From Desulfobacterales bacterium (GTDB taxonomy: Bacteria > Desulfobacterota > Desulfobacteria > Desulfobacterales > UBA2174), in NCBI GenBank assembly GCA_963668645.2, contig CAXXWC010000006.1:128001-192000 (forward strand): DNA of 64,000 nt, given 5' to 3'. Numbering within the stretch: the stretch's first letter is position 1; every line of letters begins with the position of its first letter. The notes beneath the pieces were generated by a model. The model was not told where the DNA came from, did not search any database, and saw only the letters and a program-made list of their open reading frames with translations. Below, piece after piece: positions 38,893-47,880 of the stretch. A program made the position numbers and the translations under genes.

Positions 38893-39024
38893 CCTCCAGA
38901 TGAATGCTATTTAATTTCTTCATCTGCCATTAGATGCTGTTTGGCAGTCCGCCGGGGTGCGAAGCCCAATTTACCAAGTTTGCGCCCGAATCATTAAACA
39001 TTCTAAAAGATCAGGAGGCCGAAA

Positions 39025-39975
39025 ATGAAAAGACAAGCCGTAATCGCGTCAGTGGTGTTGCTGGCCCTTGCAATCGTATTTGCCGGCGTTCAACCTGCCT
39101 CGGCTAAACCGGTGTTCATCTCCATCGGTACCGGCGGCACGGGAGGCACCTATTTTCCCACCGGCGGAGCGGTGGCCGACCTGATCACCAAGGAATGCCC
39201 ATCGGTCAAAAGCGCCACGGCCGAAGTGACCGCCGCCTCGGTGGAAAACGCCAAGCTGGTCAACTCGGGCGATGCCGACATGGGCCTGGTGGCCTGGATC
39301 TCCATCGTAGGCCAGAAACTCACCGACAAGCTGCCCAACCTGCGCACCCTGTGGTGGATTCACGGCAGCGACCGCCATTGGATCGTGCCGGCCGACAGCG
39401 ACATCCATAGCCCCCGCGATTTCAAGGGGAAGAAGGTGGTGGTCGGGGCGCCTGCCAGCGCCACCGAGGTCACCTCCCAGCTCGAGCTGGCTTTCTTCGG
39501 CGTGAAGTATGAAGATATCACACCGGCCTACCTTTCTTTCCGTGAAGGCGTCGAAGCCCTCAAGGACGGCCGCGTGGACGTCGCCCTGGTCATGGCCGGG
39601 TTCCCCAACTCGGCCGTCACGGACGTGGCGACCCTGCGCAAAGTCCGGATCCTGAACTTCTCCAAGGAGGACCTGGAGGCCCTGGAAGAAAAGTATCCCT
39701 TCTGCCCACCGAAAGTAATCCCGGCCAACACCTATCCGGGCCAGACCGAGGACGTGCATACCTTCACCACCCCCGGCCCCATGGCCATCAACAAGGATGT
39801 ACCGGAGCAGGCCGCCTACGAAATCGTCAAGGCCGTGCATCAGAACATAGACAAGCTCGCCAAGAACACCCACAAAGCCTTCGGTCTGTGGCGCTTCGAT
39901 CCTTCGGTGGGCAAACTGGCCCCCCTGCACCCCGGTGCAGCGCGTTATTACAAGGAAATCGGGATGTTGAAATAA
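39025..39975 (+). CDS. TAXI-family TRAP solute-binding protein
   Basis: Signal peptide, IGTGGTGGTY, ASVEN, LKDG.VD, PLHPGA.RYYKE. Confidence 0.92.
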   Translation: MKRQAVIASVVLLALAIVFAGVQPASAKPVFISIGTGGTGGTYFPTGGAVADLITKECPSVKSATAEVTAASVENAKLVNSGDADMGLVAWISIVGQKLTDKLPNLRTLWWIHGSDRHWIVPADSDIHSPRDFKGKKVVVGAPASATEVTSQLELAFFGVKYEDITPAYLSFREGVEALKDGRVDVALVMAGFPNSAVTDVATLRKVRILNFSKEDLEALEEKYPFCPPKVIPANTYPGQTEDVHTFTTPGPMAINKDVPEQAAYEIVKAVHQNIDKLAKNTHKAFGLWRFDPSVGKLAPLHPGAARYYKEIGMLK

Positions 39976-40050
39976 ACCGCAATACCACCGGTTGAACCCC
40001 AACCTGCTCCCAGTCCGCCGGCGTCCGGCCGGCGGGCGGAAGAGGTCTGA

Positions 40051-40518
40051 ATGCGTATCTTCACCCTGATGCTGACGCTCTGTGCCCTGCTGGCGTCTCC
40101 GGCCGCGGCGGCCCAAGTCGAACTGCAGTTGAACGACACCACCGCCGGACGCACGGTGTTTCACCAGCGCCTGGCAGCAGGCAGCCGCTTTACGCTGATC
40201 TACCGCCACTCGGTGGAAAAATCGCTGGTGGATGAGGTGTACGAGATCGCGGCAGACGGTTCGATCTACCTGGTGGAAACCACGGTGCGCGCTTCGGGCT
40301 ATGGCCTGCCGGAATGTGCACCGGGGCAGAACTGCATCGCCCACGACGACGCCGTTACCTTTCCCGGCCTGCACCTGAAGGTCGACGATCTGATCATGCG
40401 CGTCAGTTATTTCAACGACATGTGGCTGATCTTCGCCAATACTGCCGTGAATCTGCCGGAGGTCGCGCCACGCGGCCACCGCATCCGGGTGGAAACCCGG
40501 CCGGCCGAGGCGTCTTAA
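40051..40518 (+). CDS. DUF1850 family protein
   Basis: FTL.YRHSVEK..V.E.Y, GYGLP; lies between TAXI SBP and permease. Confidence 0.8.
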   Translation: MRIFTLMLTLCALLASPAAAAQVELQLNDTTAGRTVFHQRLAAGSRFTLIYRHSVEKSLVDEVYEIAADGSIYLVETTVRASGYGLPECAPGQNCIAHDDAVTFPGLHLKVDDLIMRVSYFNDMWLIFANTAVNLPEVAPRGHRIRVETRPAEAS

Positions 40519-40545
40519 TCGGAATCATTGCAGGAGAAAAGGACC

Positions 40546-42447
40546 ATGCCTCAACGCCCCCAAACGCCACGAGACCTCTTCCAGAAACTAACCCTGCTGG
40601 TCGGGACCGGGGCGGCGCTGTTTCATATCTACTTCAGCACCTTCGGTCTGATGTCGACCATCACGGTCCGCAGCGGTCATCTGATCTTCGCCATGGTGCT
40701 GATCTTTCTGACCTATCCGGTCATGACGAAGTTGCCGGCACGCTCCAGGGCCGTGCGCTCGGCGGCAAGAGGGTTCGACATGCTGCTGGCCGCGCTGTCC
40801 ATCGTCACGGGGCTTTACATCATCATCATCTACCCCGACCTGAATGAGCACTTGGGCAACCTGACCATCTGGGACAAGGTGCTCGGCGGGATCATGGTTC
40901 TGCTAACCCTGGAGATCACCCGCCGCACCATCGGCAACACCCTGACCATCATCGCCGTACTGTCGCTGGCCTATGCCTACTTCGGCCCGTACATGCCTGA
41001 TTTCATGGCCCACCGGGGGTTCAGCATCGAGCGCATGATCAGCCAGATGTACTGCACCCTGGAGGGGATCTACGGCATTCCCATCGGCGTCATGGCGACC
41101 TACGTGTTCCTTTTCGTGCTTTTCGGCGCCTTTTTGCAAAACACCGGCGCCACCGATTTTTTCATCGATCTGGCCTACGCCCTCACCGGCCAGTACGTCG
41201 GCGGACCGGCCAAGACCGCCGTGCTCGCCTCGGGCCTGATGGGCTCGGTCTCCGGCAGCGCCATCGCCAACACGGTGACCACCGGCTCGATCACCATTCC
41301 TTTGATGAAAAGCGTCGGCTACCGGCCTGATGTCGCCGGCGGCATCGAGGCCGCGGCCTCCACCGGAGGCCAGATCATGCCCCCGCTGATGGGCGCCGGG
41401 GTCTTCATCATGGCCGAATATACCGGCATCCCGTATCTGAAGATCATGATGCTCTCGATCATCCCGGCCATCCTCTACTACGCCACGGTCTGGATCTTCG
41501 CCCATAACGCGGCCCTGGCCATGGGGCTGCGCGGACTGCCCAAGGATCAGCTTCCCAGTTTTAAAGCGACCCTCAAGAAGGGCTACATCTGCCTCGTCCC
41601 CCTGGCGCTGCTCATCGGTCTGCTGGTCAGCGGTTTTTCCCCGACCATCTCAGCCAGCATCTCCACCCTCCTGGTCTACCTGATGAGCTTCATCCGGCGC
41701 GAAACCCGCATGAGCTTTCTCAAACTGCTGGAAACCATGGAGATGGCCGCCAAGATGGCGGTGAGCATCTCGGCGGCCTGCGCTGCGGCCGGCCTCATCG
41801 TCGGCGTGGTGGGGCTTACCGGACTGGGGCTGAAATTCTCGGGCATGGTCCTGTCGGTGGCCGGATCGAACCTGCTGCTGGCCCTGATCCTGATCCTGCT
41901 CGCCTCGCTGGTGCTCGGCATGGGTCTTCCGGTGACCGCCTCTTACATCATGCTGGCCGTGCTGGCGGCCCCAGCCCTGCTCGAACTCGGGGTTCCCCTT
42001 CTGGCCGGCCACCTGATCATCTTCTGGTACAGCCAGGACGCCAACGTGACCCCGCCGGTCTGCCTGGCCGGCTACGCGGCGGCCGGCATCGCCGGTGCCA
42101 ACCCCATGCGCACCGGGATCCAGGCCTGGAAGCTCTCCAAGGGGCTCTACCTTATCCCCCTGCTCTTTGCTTACCAACCGGAGATCCTCTTCACCAAGGG
42201 AACCCTGCCCGCCCTCGGGGTCGCTGTCACCGGACTCATCGGCCTGGCCGCCGGTGTGGGAGCCCTGGACGGTTTTCTCGTGCGGCGGCTGAACCTGCTG
42301 CTGCGGCTTATCCTGGCCGGGGTCACGGTGAGTATCTTCTGGCCCAGCCGCTCGCTGAGCATCGCCGGCTCCCTGGTATTCATCGCCATCTACCTAGCCA
42401 TGAAGTATTCCAATAAACGGCGGACCGCCGAGGTTCCAACCGCCTGA
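40546..42447 (+). CDS. TRAP transporter 4TM/12TM fused permease
   Basis: GGPAK, SGSAIAN, EAAASTGGQ.MPP.MG, LGMGLP.TA.Y, VTPPV. Confidence 0.93.
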   Translation: MPQRPQTPRDLFQKLTLLVGTGAALFHIYFSTFGLMSTITVRSGHLIFAMVLIFLTYPVMTKLPARSRAVRSAARGFDMLLAALSIVTGLYIIIIYPDLNEHLGNLTIWDKVLGGIMVLLTLEITRRTIGNTLTIIAVLSLAYAYFGPYMPDFMAHRGFSIERMISQMYCTLEGIYGIPIGVMATYVFLFVLFGAFLQNTGATDFFIDLAYALTGQYVGGPAKTAVLASGLMGSVSGSAIANTVTTGSITIPLMKSVGYRPDVAGGIEAAASTGGQIMPPLMGAGVFIMAEYTGIPYLKIMMLSIIPAILYYATVWIFAHNAALAMGLRGLPKDQLPSFKATLKKGYICLVPLALLIGLLVSGFSPTISASISTLLVYLMSFIRRETRMSFLKLLETMEMAAKMAVSISAACAAAGLIVGVVGLTGLGLKFSGMVLSVAGSNLLLALILILLASLVLGMGLPVTASYIMLAVLAAPALLELGVPLLAGHLIIFWYSQDANVTPPVCLAGYAAAGIAGANPMRTGIQAWKLSKGLYLIPLLFAYQPEILFTKGTLPALGVAVTGLIGLAAGVGALDGFLVRRLNLLLRLILAGVTVSIFWPSRSLSIAGSLVFIAIYLAMKYSNKRRTAEVPTA

Positions 42448-42516
42448 GCCCATCAGGCCTTGCGGGCTTGCGCCGGCGCCCGGGAAGCAGGCCCGCAAAG
42501 GCAAAAGGATACGAGG

Positions 42517-43101
42517 ATGGAAAAGACCACCCAGGCCGTGATGAACGCTTTTCCCCGCCTGCGCGAAATCGCTGGCAGCAAGTTGCGCGAGCAGGTTTGC
42601 GGCGCCTGGCTCAAGGCATGGGAAGCCTCTGACTGGCCGCACCTTGAGTCCGTCAGCCAGTGGGAGCCGGCACGCGAGTCCCTGGGCATCTCCAATGTGG
42701 ACCATACCAACGGCGTGGTGGAATGCGCCCTGGCCATGGCCGGCGCCCTCCAGTCTTCCCAGTCGCTGCGCATAGACCGGGATATCCTGATCGCCGCCGC
42801 CGTGCTCCACGATGTGGACAAGATTCGCCTTTTTCATGCCGCCGATGGACGGCCCACCGATCTTGGCCGGCGGCTCGGCCACGTGGCCACCGGTGTCCAT
42901 CTGGCCATGGCGGCCGGCCTGCCGGTGGCGGTGGTGCACGCCATCGGTGCCCATTCGCCCAACTATTCGAAGATCACGCCGCAAACCGTCGAGGCGTTGA
43001 TTCTCAGACAGGCCGACGACCTCTTTACCCGCACCTGGCTCATGCAGCGCGGCCGGGCGGTTTCTTTCGAGATGCCCCAAGCGGTGGAAACAACTAACTA
43101 A
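42517..43101 (+). CDS. HD-domain metal-dependent hydrolase
   Basis: DHT..V, LHDVDK, GH, HAIGAH, EA.....ADD. Confidence 0.85.
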   Translation: MEKTTQAVMNAFPRLREIAGSKLREQVCGAWLKAWEASDWPHLESVSQWEPARESLGISNVDHTNGVVECALAMAGALQSSQSLRIDRDILIAAAVLHDVDKIRLFHAADGRPTDLGRRLGHVATGVHLAMAAGLPVAVVHAIGAHSPNYSKITPQTVEALILRQADDLFTRTWLMQRGRAVSFEMPQAVETTN

Positions 43102-43127
43102 AAATCGAGATTTCAAAGCCGCCCGAC

Positions 43128-44264
43128 ATGCACACCGACCACCAGGACAACATCAACGCCACACCGCACCTGGCCGAACTGCGGCAAAGGCTCCGGGATT
43201 TTGTCAATGCCCAGGCGTTTCCCGCCATTTTGGACCACGAGTCAACATCCACCTTCCCCTTCAAAGTGTTTCGTCAAACCGGAGCAGAAGGATTTTTCCG
43301 CGCCCACCTGAAACCGCAGTTCGGCGGCGCCGGCCTTGGCGTGCCAGGATTTTGCATCGTCAGCGAAGAACTGGCCAAGGCCGGTGCCGGCATGATTCAC
43401 AACGGCCACTTCCAACTGATGGAGATGCTGGTGGAGTTCGGCACCCCTGCCCAACAGGAGCGCTACTTGGCGCCGCTGTCGCGGGGCGAGGCCGTCGGGG
43501 CCATGGCGATCACCGAGGCCGAGGTCGGATCGAGTTTTCGCCGGATGCGAACCCGCCTGCTGGAGGCCAAGGGCGGATGGCGCCTCGATGGCGAGAAAGT
43601 CTTCATCAACGATGCCGCCGAGGCAAATCTTCTGGGTGTCCTGGCACGCCACGGCGAAGGTTTTACCATGGTCATTTTGGAGCAGCCCACCGACGGGTTT
43701 ACGATTACCGGGCGGCTCGATCCGCTCGGCCTTCGCAGCTCTCCGCTGTACAACCTCGCCTTTGATGAGTGCCCCATCCGTGCCGGCCATGTCCTGGGGC
43801 CTGCGGGCCAGGGGTTGGGCGTGTTTCTGTCGGCCTTTAATTTCAGCCGCCTGGGCAACGCCAGCGCAGCCCTGGGAATCGCCTCGGCGGCCTTCGCCAA
43901 AGCCCTGGAATACTGCCGCCAACGGCGCATCGGCGGCCAGCCGGTGGCCGGATTCCAGGGCCAGCGCTGGAAGATAGCGGAAATCAGCACCCGATTGACG
44001 GCCGCCCGCCTGTTGCGCGACTATGCCGCCCGGACCACCGATCAGAGCGGCAAGAGCGGCCTGCTCTCATCCCAGGCCAAGCTGCTGTGCGTCGAAACCG
44101 CCCAGGAGGTGGTCGGCGCCGCGCTGCAGCTCACCGGCCGGTACGGATGCCTGCGCGACAGCCTCTTCGATCTTTACCTGCGGGATGTCAAGGCCCTGGC
44201 CATCGCCGGCGGCACCCTGGAGGTGATGAAAAACACCATCGCCCGTGAGCTTGTCGGATTCTGA
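43128..44264 (+). CDS. Acyl-CoA dehydrogenase-fold flavoprotein lacking the catalytic Glu
   Basis: ITE.E.GS, GEKVFI, GLRS, FNFSRLG, RDVK...IAGGT. Confidence 0.85.
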   Translation: MHTDHQDNINATPHLAELRQRLRDFVNAQAFPAILDHESTSTFPFKVFRQTGAEGFFRAHLKPQFGGAGLGVPGFCIVSEELAKAGAGMIHNGHFQLMEMLVEFGTPAQQERYLAPLSRGEAVGAMAITEAEVGSSFRRMRTRLLEAKGGWRLDGEKVFINDAAEANLLGVLARHGEGFTMVILEQPTDGFTITGRLDPLGLRSSPLYNLAFDECPIRAGHVLGPAGQGLGVFLSAFNFSRLGNASAALGIASAAFAKALEYCRQRRIGGQPVAGFQGQRWKIAEISTRLTAARLLRDYAARTTDQSGKSGLLSSQAKLLCVETAQEVVGAALQLTGRYGCLRDSLFDLYLRDVKALAIAGGTLEVMKNTIARELVGF

Positions 44265-44265
44265 A

Positions 44266-45819
44266 ATGGATACCATCGGAGCATTGCTGGCCGGCAAGGC
44301 CCGCAGCCACGCAGATCGAACAGCCCTGTTTTACCAACAACAGCGCCTGACCTACCAGGATCTTGAAATCGCCGCCAACCGCATCGCCAATGCCCTGCAG
44401 GCCCGGGGCGTGGGCCCGGGCATGCATGTGGCCCTGATGCTGCCCAACGGGCCCGATTATCTCGGATGCTGGTTCGCCCTGGCCAAGCTGGGCGCCGTCA
44501 CCGTCGCCATCAACACCGAGTTGCAGGGAGAAACCCTATTGCACCTGCTCGGCTGCAGCGACAGCCGCTTTCTGATCCTGGCCGAACGCTTCCGGCCACA
44601 GTGGGAGGCGGTGGCGCCCCGGTTGCCCTGGGTGCAGGTCCTGGCCTGGGACCGTGCAGCCGATCCCCAGGCCCTGGCCGCCATCTACCCCCAGCTGGAG
44701 CCAGAACTGATCGACCCGCCGCAGGTGGTGGACACCCAACCCCTGATCCTGACATCCACCTCGGGAACCACCGGCATGCCGAAACTGGTGGCCAACAGCC
44801 ACCGGGCCTATCTGCAGGCGGCCCGTGACCTGGCCGCCGCTGTGGAAATTACTCCCGAGGACCGGATCTTCACCGCGCTTCCCCTCTACCATGCCAACCC
44901 CCAGGTCTACTGCGTGCTGACCGCCCTGGCGGCCGATGCCGCCATGGCCCTGGCCCCGCGCTTCAGCGCCAGCGCCTTCTGGTCACAGGTCGCCGCCTGT
45001 CGCGCAACGGCCTTCACCTACGTGGGCGCCGTCCTGCCGATCCTGCTCACCCGCCCGCCGGCGGATGCCGACTGCACCCACACGGTAAAAAAATGCTTCG
45101 GCGGCGGTGCGCCCAAAGAGGTCTTCGACGCTTTCTCGGAACGTTTCGGGGTAGAGGTTCTGGAGCTTTACGGGATGAGTGAAACCGGCACCTGGAACAC
45201 CCTCAACCGTCCCGGGCAGGCACGCTCCGGAAGCGTCGGCACGATCCGTCCCGGTTTCAAGGTCCGCATCGTGGATGACCTGGACCATCCCCTGCCCCCC
45301 GGACAGGTCGGCGAGATCGTCATCCGGCCGCAGGCCCCATTTTTGATGTTCGACGGTTATTACAACGACCCGGCCGAGACTTTCGCCTGCTCGCGCAACT
45401 GGTGGTTCCACACTGGCGACTTGGGACGGATGGAGTCCGACGGCTATTACTATTTTCATGGGCGCAAGAAGGAGGCCATCCGCCGCGGGGGGGAAAACAT
45501 CGCCCCCGAGTCCATCGAAAGGGCCGCCAACACCCATGCGGCCGTGGCTGAAAGCGCTGCCGTCGGGGTTGCGGACGCGATCCTTTACGAGGAGATTCGA
45601 CTCTTCGTGGTTCCACGCGAAGACGGCACCCTGGACCCGCAGTCCCTGGCCGATCATCTGGCCGCCATGCTGCCCAGGTTCATGCGGCCCCGCTACATCG
45701 ATGTGGTCGGCGCCCTGCCCAAATCGGCATCCGAGAAAATCCGGCGGCTGCACCTGAAAAAACGCCCGCTCACCGATGCGACCTGTGATCTGGCTGGAGG
45801 ACAACATGACAAAAAGTGA
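44266..45819 (+). CDS. ATP-dependent acyl-CoA ligase (CaiC-like)
   Basis: TSGTTGMPK, LPLYHAN, YGMSE, WFHTGDLG, GRKK..IRR.GENI. Confidence 0.9.
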   Translation: MDTIGALLAGKARSHADRTALFYQQQRLTYQDLEIAANRIANALQARGVGPGMHVALMLPNGPDYLGCWFALAKLGAVTVAINTELQGETLLHLLGCSDSRFLILAERFRPQWEAVAPRLPWVQVLAWDRAADPQALAAIYPQLEPELIDPPQVVDTQPLILTSTSGTTGMPKLVANSHRAYLQAARDLAAAVEITPEDRIFTALPLYHANPQVYCVLTALAADAAMALAPRFSASAFWSQVAACRATAFTYVGAVLPILLTRPPADADCTHTVKKCFGGGAPKEVFDAFSERFGVEVLELYGMSETGTWNTLNRPGQARSGSVGTIRPGFKVRIVDDLDHPLPPGQVGEIVIRPQAPFLMFDGYYNDPAETFACSRNWWFHTGDLGRMESDGYYYFHGRKKEAIRRGGENIAPESIERAANTHAAVAESAAVGVADAILYEEIRLFVVPREDGTLDPQSLADHLAAMLPRFMRPRYIDVVGALPKSASEKIRRLHLKKRPLTDATCDLAGGQHDKK

Positions 45820-47398
45820 TGCGGTGGATGTCGCCATCATCGGCGGCGGCCTGGCCGGGATGGCGGCCGCAGCGGCAGCCTGCAACGAGGGGGCCCAGGT
45901 GATGATCGTGGACCGCTCCACCCTGGGCCTGGCCACCAACACGGCGATGGCCAACGGAGTCTTCTCAGGACCGACGGCGGCCTACCCGGCCGAAACCTAT
46001 CTGGCGGACACGCATCGCATCGGCAAGGGGCTTGGGCGCCCCTGGATGGCCCGGTGCATCGCGGCCGAACTTGATGCAGGAATCGGCTGGCTGCGCGGTT
46101 TGGGCATCGATGTGGCCGAGAAAAAAGACCATTACTTCATCGTCGGCGGCCCCGCCGATCCGTTTCCGGGCGCGTCCCTGGCCCGGCGGGTGGCAGCCCA
46201 CGTGCGCGGGTTGCCCGGAATCATGGTTCGCGCCGGCGCCTGCGTACAGCAGGTGGCGACCGCCGGCGGGAGGGCTGTGGGCGTATATGGCTTCGACAAC
46301 CAGGGAGCGCCCTTTTTCCTCCGCGCCGGGGCGGTCGTGCTGGCCGCGGGGGGGGCCGGGGCCCTGTATCTTCGCAACGACAACCAGAAATCGGCCCTCG
46401 GCCAGGGGTACGCCCTGGCCCTCGAAGCCGGGCTGGCGCTATGGGATATGGAGTTCATCCAGTACTACCCGGTGGTTATGGCCCAGGACCGGCTGCCGGC
46501 GATGATGCTCAATTCTCCCCATCCCGAGGGAAGCCGCATCATCAACGCCGCCGGCGAGGATCTGGCCGCCAAGTACGCTATCCACGACATCAACGACCCC
46601 ATCCGCAACCAGCGGGACTGGCTCTCGGCCGTGCTTTTCGAGGAGTGCAAAAAAGGCGAGGTCTTCATGGACTACCGCGCCGTTGCCGCCCCCCACTGGG
46701 AACGCCACCCGCTGGTGCTGCTCAAAAACCGCCGCTTCGACTTCCGCCACCGGCCGGTGGCCATCTCGCCGGCAGCCCATTTCGTCATGGGCGGGGTGCG
46801 CACCGACGAGACGGGCGCCACCGACCTTGGGGGCCTCTTTGCCTGCGGCGAGGTGGTCTGGGGGCTGCACGGGGCCTGCCGCAAGGGCGGCAACGCCCTG
46901 TCAGAATGCCTGGTCTTCGGCCGCCTGGCCGGCCGCCACGCCGCCCGCGAGGCGCTGGACACCCCTGGTGCCGGCCAGCGCAGCCCGGTGCCCGCCGCGG
47001 TAGCGACCGGGATCGGGGAGACCCGCGACACTTTTCTGCCGCCGCGGGAGCTGCACCGCCGGATCCAGGATTTGGCATGGCGCTGTGCCGGCGTGGTGCG
47101 CGAGGCGGCCGGGATCGAGGCCGGCTTGGCGGACCTCTCCCGCCTTGCGCCACAGATCGAAGCCCTGCCATGCGCCTCGGCCCGGGATCTGCGGGTCCGT
47201 TTCGATCTGGGGAGCATGGCCCGGGTGCTCCAGGCCATCCTGGCGGCCAGCCTCGCCCGCCGCGAAAGCCGCGGCTGTTTTTTGCGCAGCGACCACCCGG
47301 ACCAGGACGACGCCGGCTGGATGAAAAACAGCCGCGTCTCGGTCTCGGCAGGAAAGGCGCCCCTGGCGGTGACCCATGTACCGGCCGAGGATTTTTGA
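45806..47398 (+). CDS. SdhA/FrdA/NadB-family flavoprotein of unknown substrate
   Basis: IIGGGLAG, LAAGG, DMEFIQ, AHFVMGG, ACGE, HGA.R.GGN.L, RRESRG...R.DHP. Confidence 0.85.
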   Translation: MTKSDAVDVAIIGGGLAGMAAAAAACNEGAQVMIVDRSTLGLATNTAMANGVFSGPTAAYPAETYLADTHRIGKGLGRPWMARCIAAELDAGIGWLRGLGIDVAEKKDHYFIVGGPADPFPGASLARRVAAHVRGLPGIMVRAGACVQQVATAGGRAVGVYGFDNQGAPFFLRAGAVVLAAGGAGALYLRNDNQKSALGQGYALALEAGLALWDMEFIQYYPVVMAQDRLPAMMLNSPHPEGSRIINAAGEDLAAKYAIHDINDPIRNQRDWLSAVLFEECKKGEVFMDYRAVAAPHWERHPLVLLKNRRFDFRHRPVAISPAAHFVMGGVRTDETGATDLGGLFACGEVVWGLHGACRKGGNALSECLVFGRLAGRHAAREALDTPGAGQRSPVPAAVATGIGETRDTFLPPRELHRRIQDLAWRCAGVVREAAGIEAGLADLSRLAPQIEALPCASARDLRVRFDLGSMARVLQAILAASLARRESRGCFLRSDHPDQDDAGWMKNSRVSVSAGKAPLAVTHVPAEDF

Positions 47399-47467
47399 GA
47401 TGATACGGAAAATCGCGCCGGGGCATGAGCCGTTACCTCAATTGCACCGGGCCGGAAAAAGGGGAGA

Positions 47468-47878
47468 ATGATGGAAACCGGAACACCCGAAGGGCGCATC
47501 GACCACCTGGACAGCCTGGAGCGCTACGAACCGGCCGGACACTGGAAAACGCAAAACGCGCGCCTGGTTCACCACCCGCCGGCCGGCGGTTATGAGATGA
47601 TCCTCGGCCAGATGGCGGCCGGCGGCGGCGCCGAGCGCCACCATCACGACCAAAACCACCAGGCCATGTTCATTCTCGAAGGCGAGGCCCTCATCGAACT
47701 CGGGGATGCTGCGGCACGCTCCTGCCCGGCCGGTAGCATAATCGAAATCCCCCCCGGTTTGCCCCATCGCATCGCCTCGGGCGGTGATGGGACGCTGCGA
47801 TTCATCGTGGTGTTCAGCCCCCCGCTAGGGGCCGCCGGAGGGGTAAAGAGCCCCACGACCGGAAGGCAGGAAGCCTGA
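47468..47878 (+). CDS. Cupin-domain protein
   Basis: HHHD..HQAMFILEG and IPPG.PH cupin motifs. Confidence 0.85.
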   Translation: MMETGTPEGRIDHLDSLERYEPAGHWKTQNARLVHHPPAGGYEMILGQMAAGGGAERHHHDQNHQAMFILEGEALIELGDAAARSCPAGSIIEIPPGLPHRIASGGDGTLRFIVVFSPPLGAAGGVKSPTTGRQEA

Positions 47879-47880
47879 AA

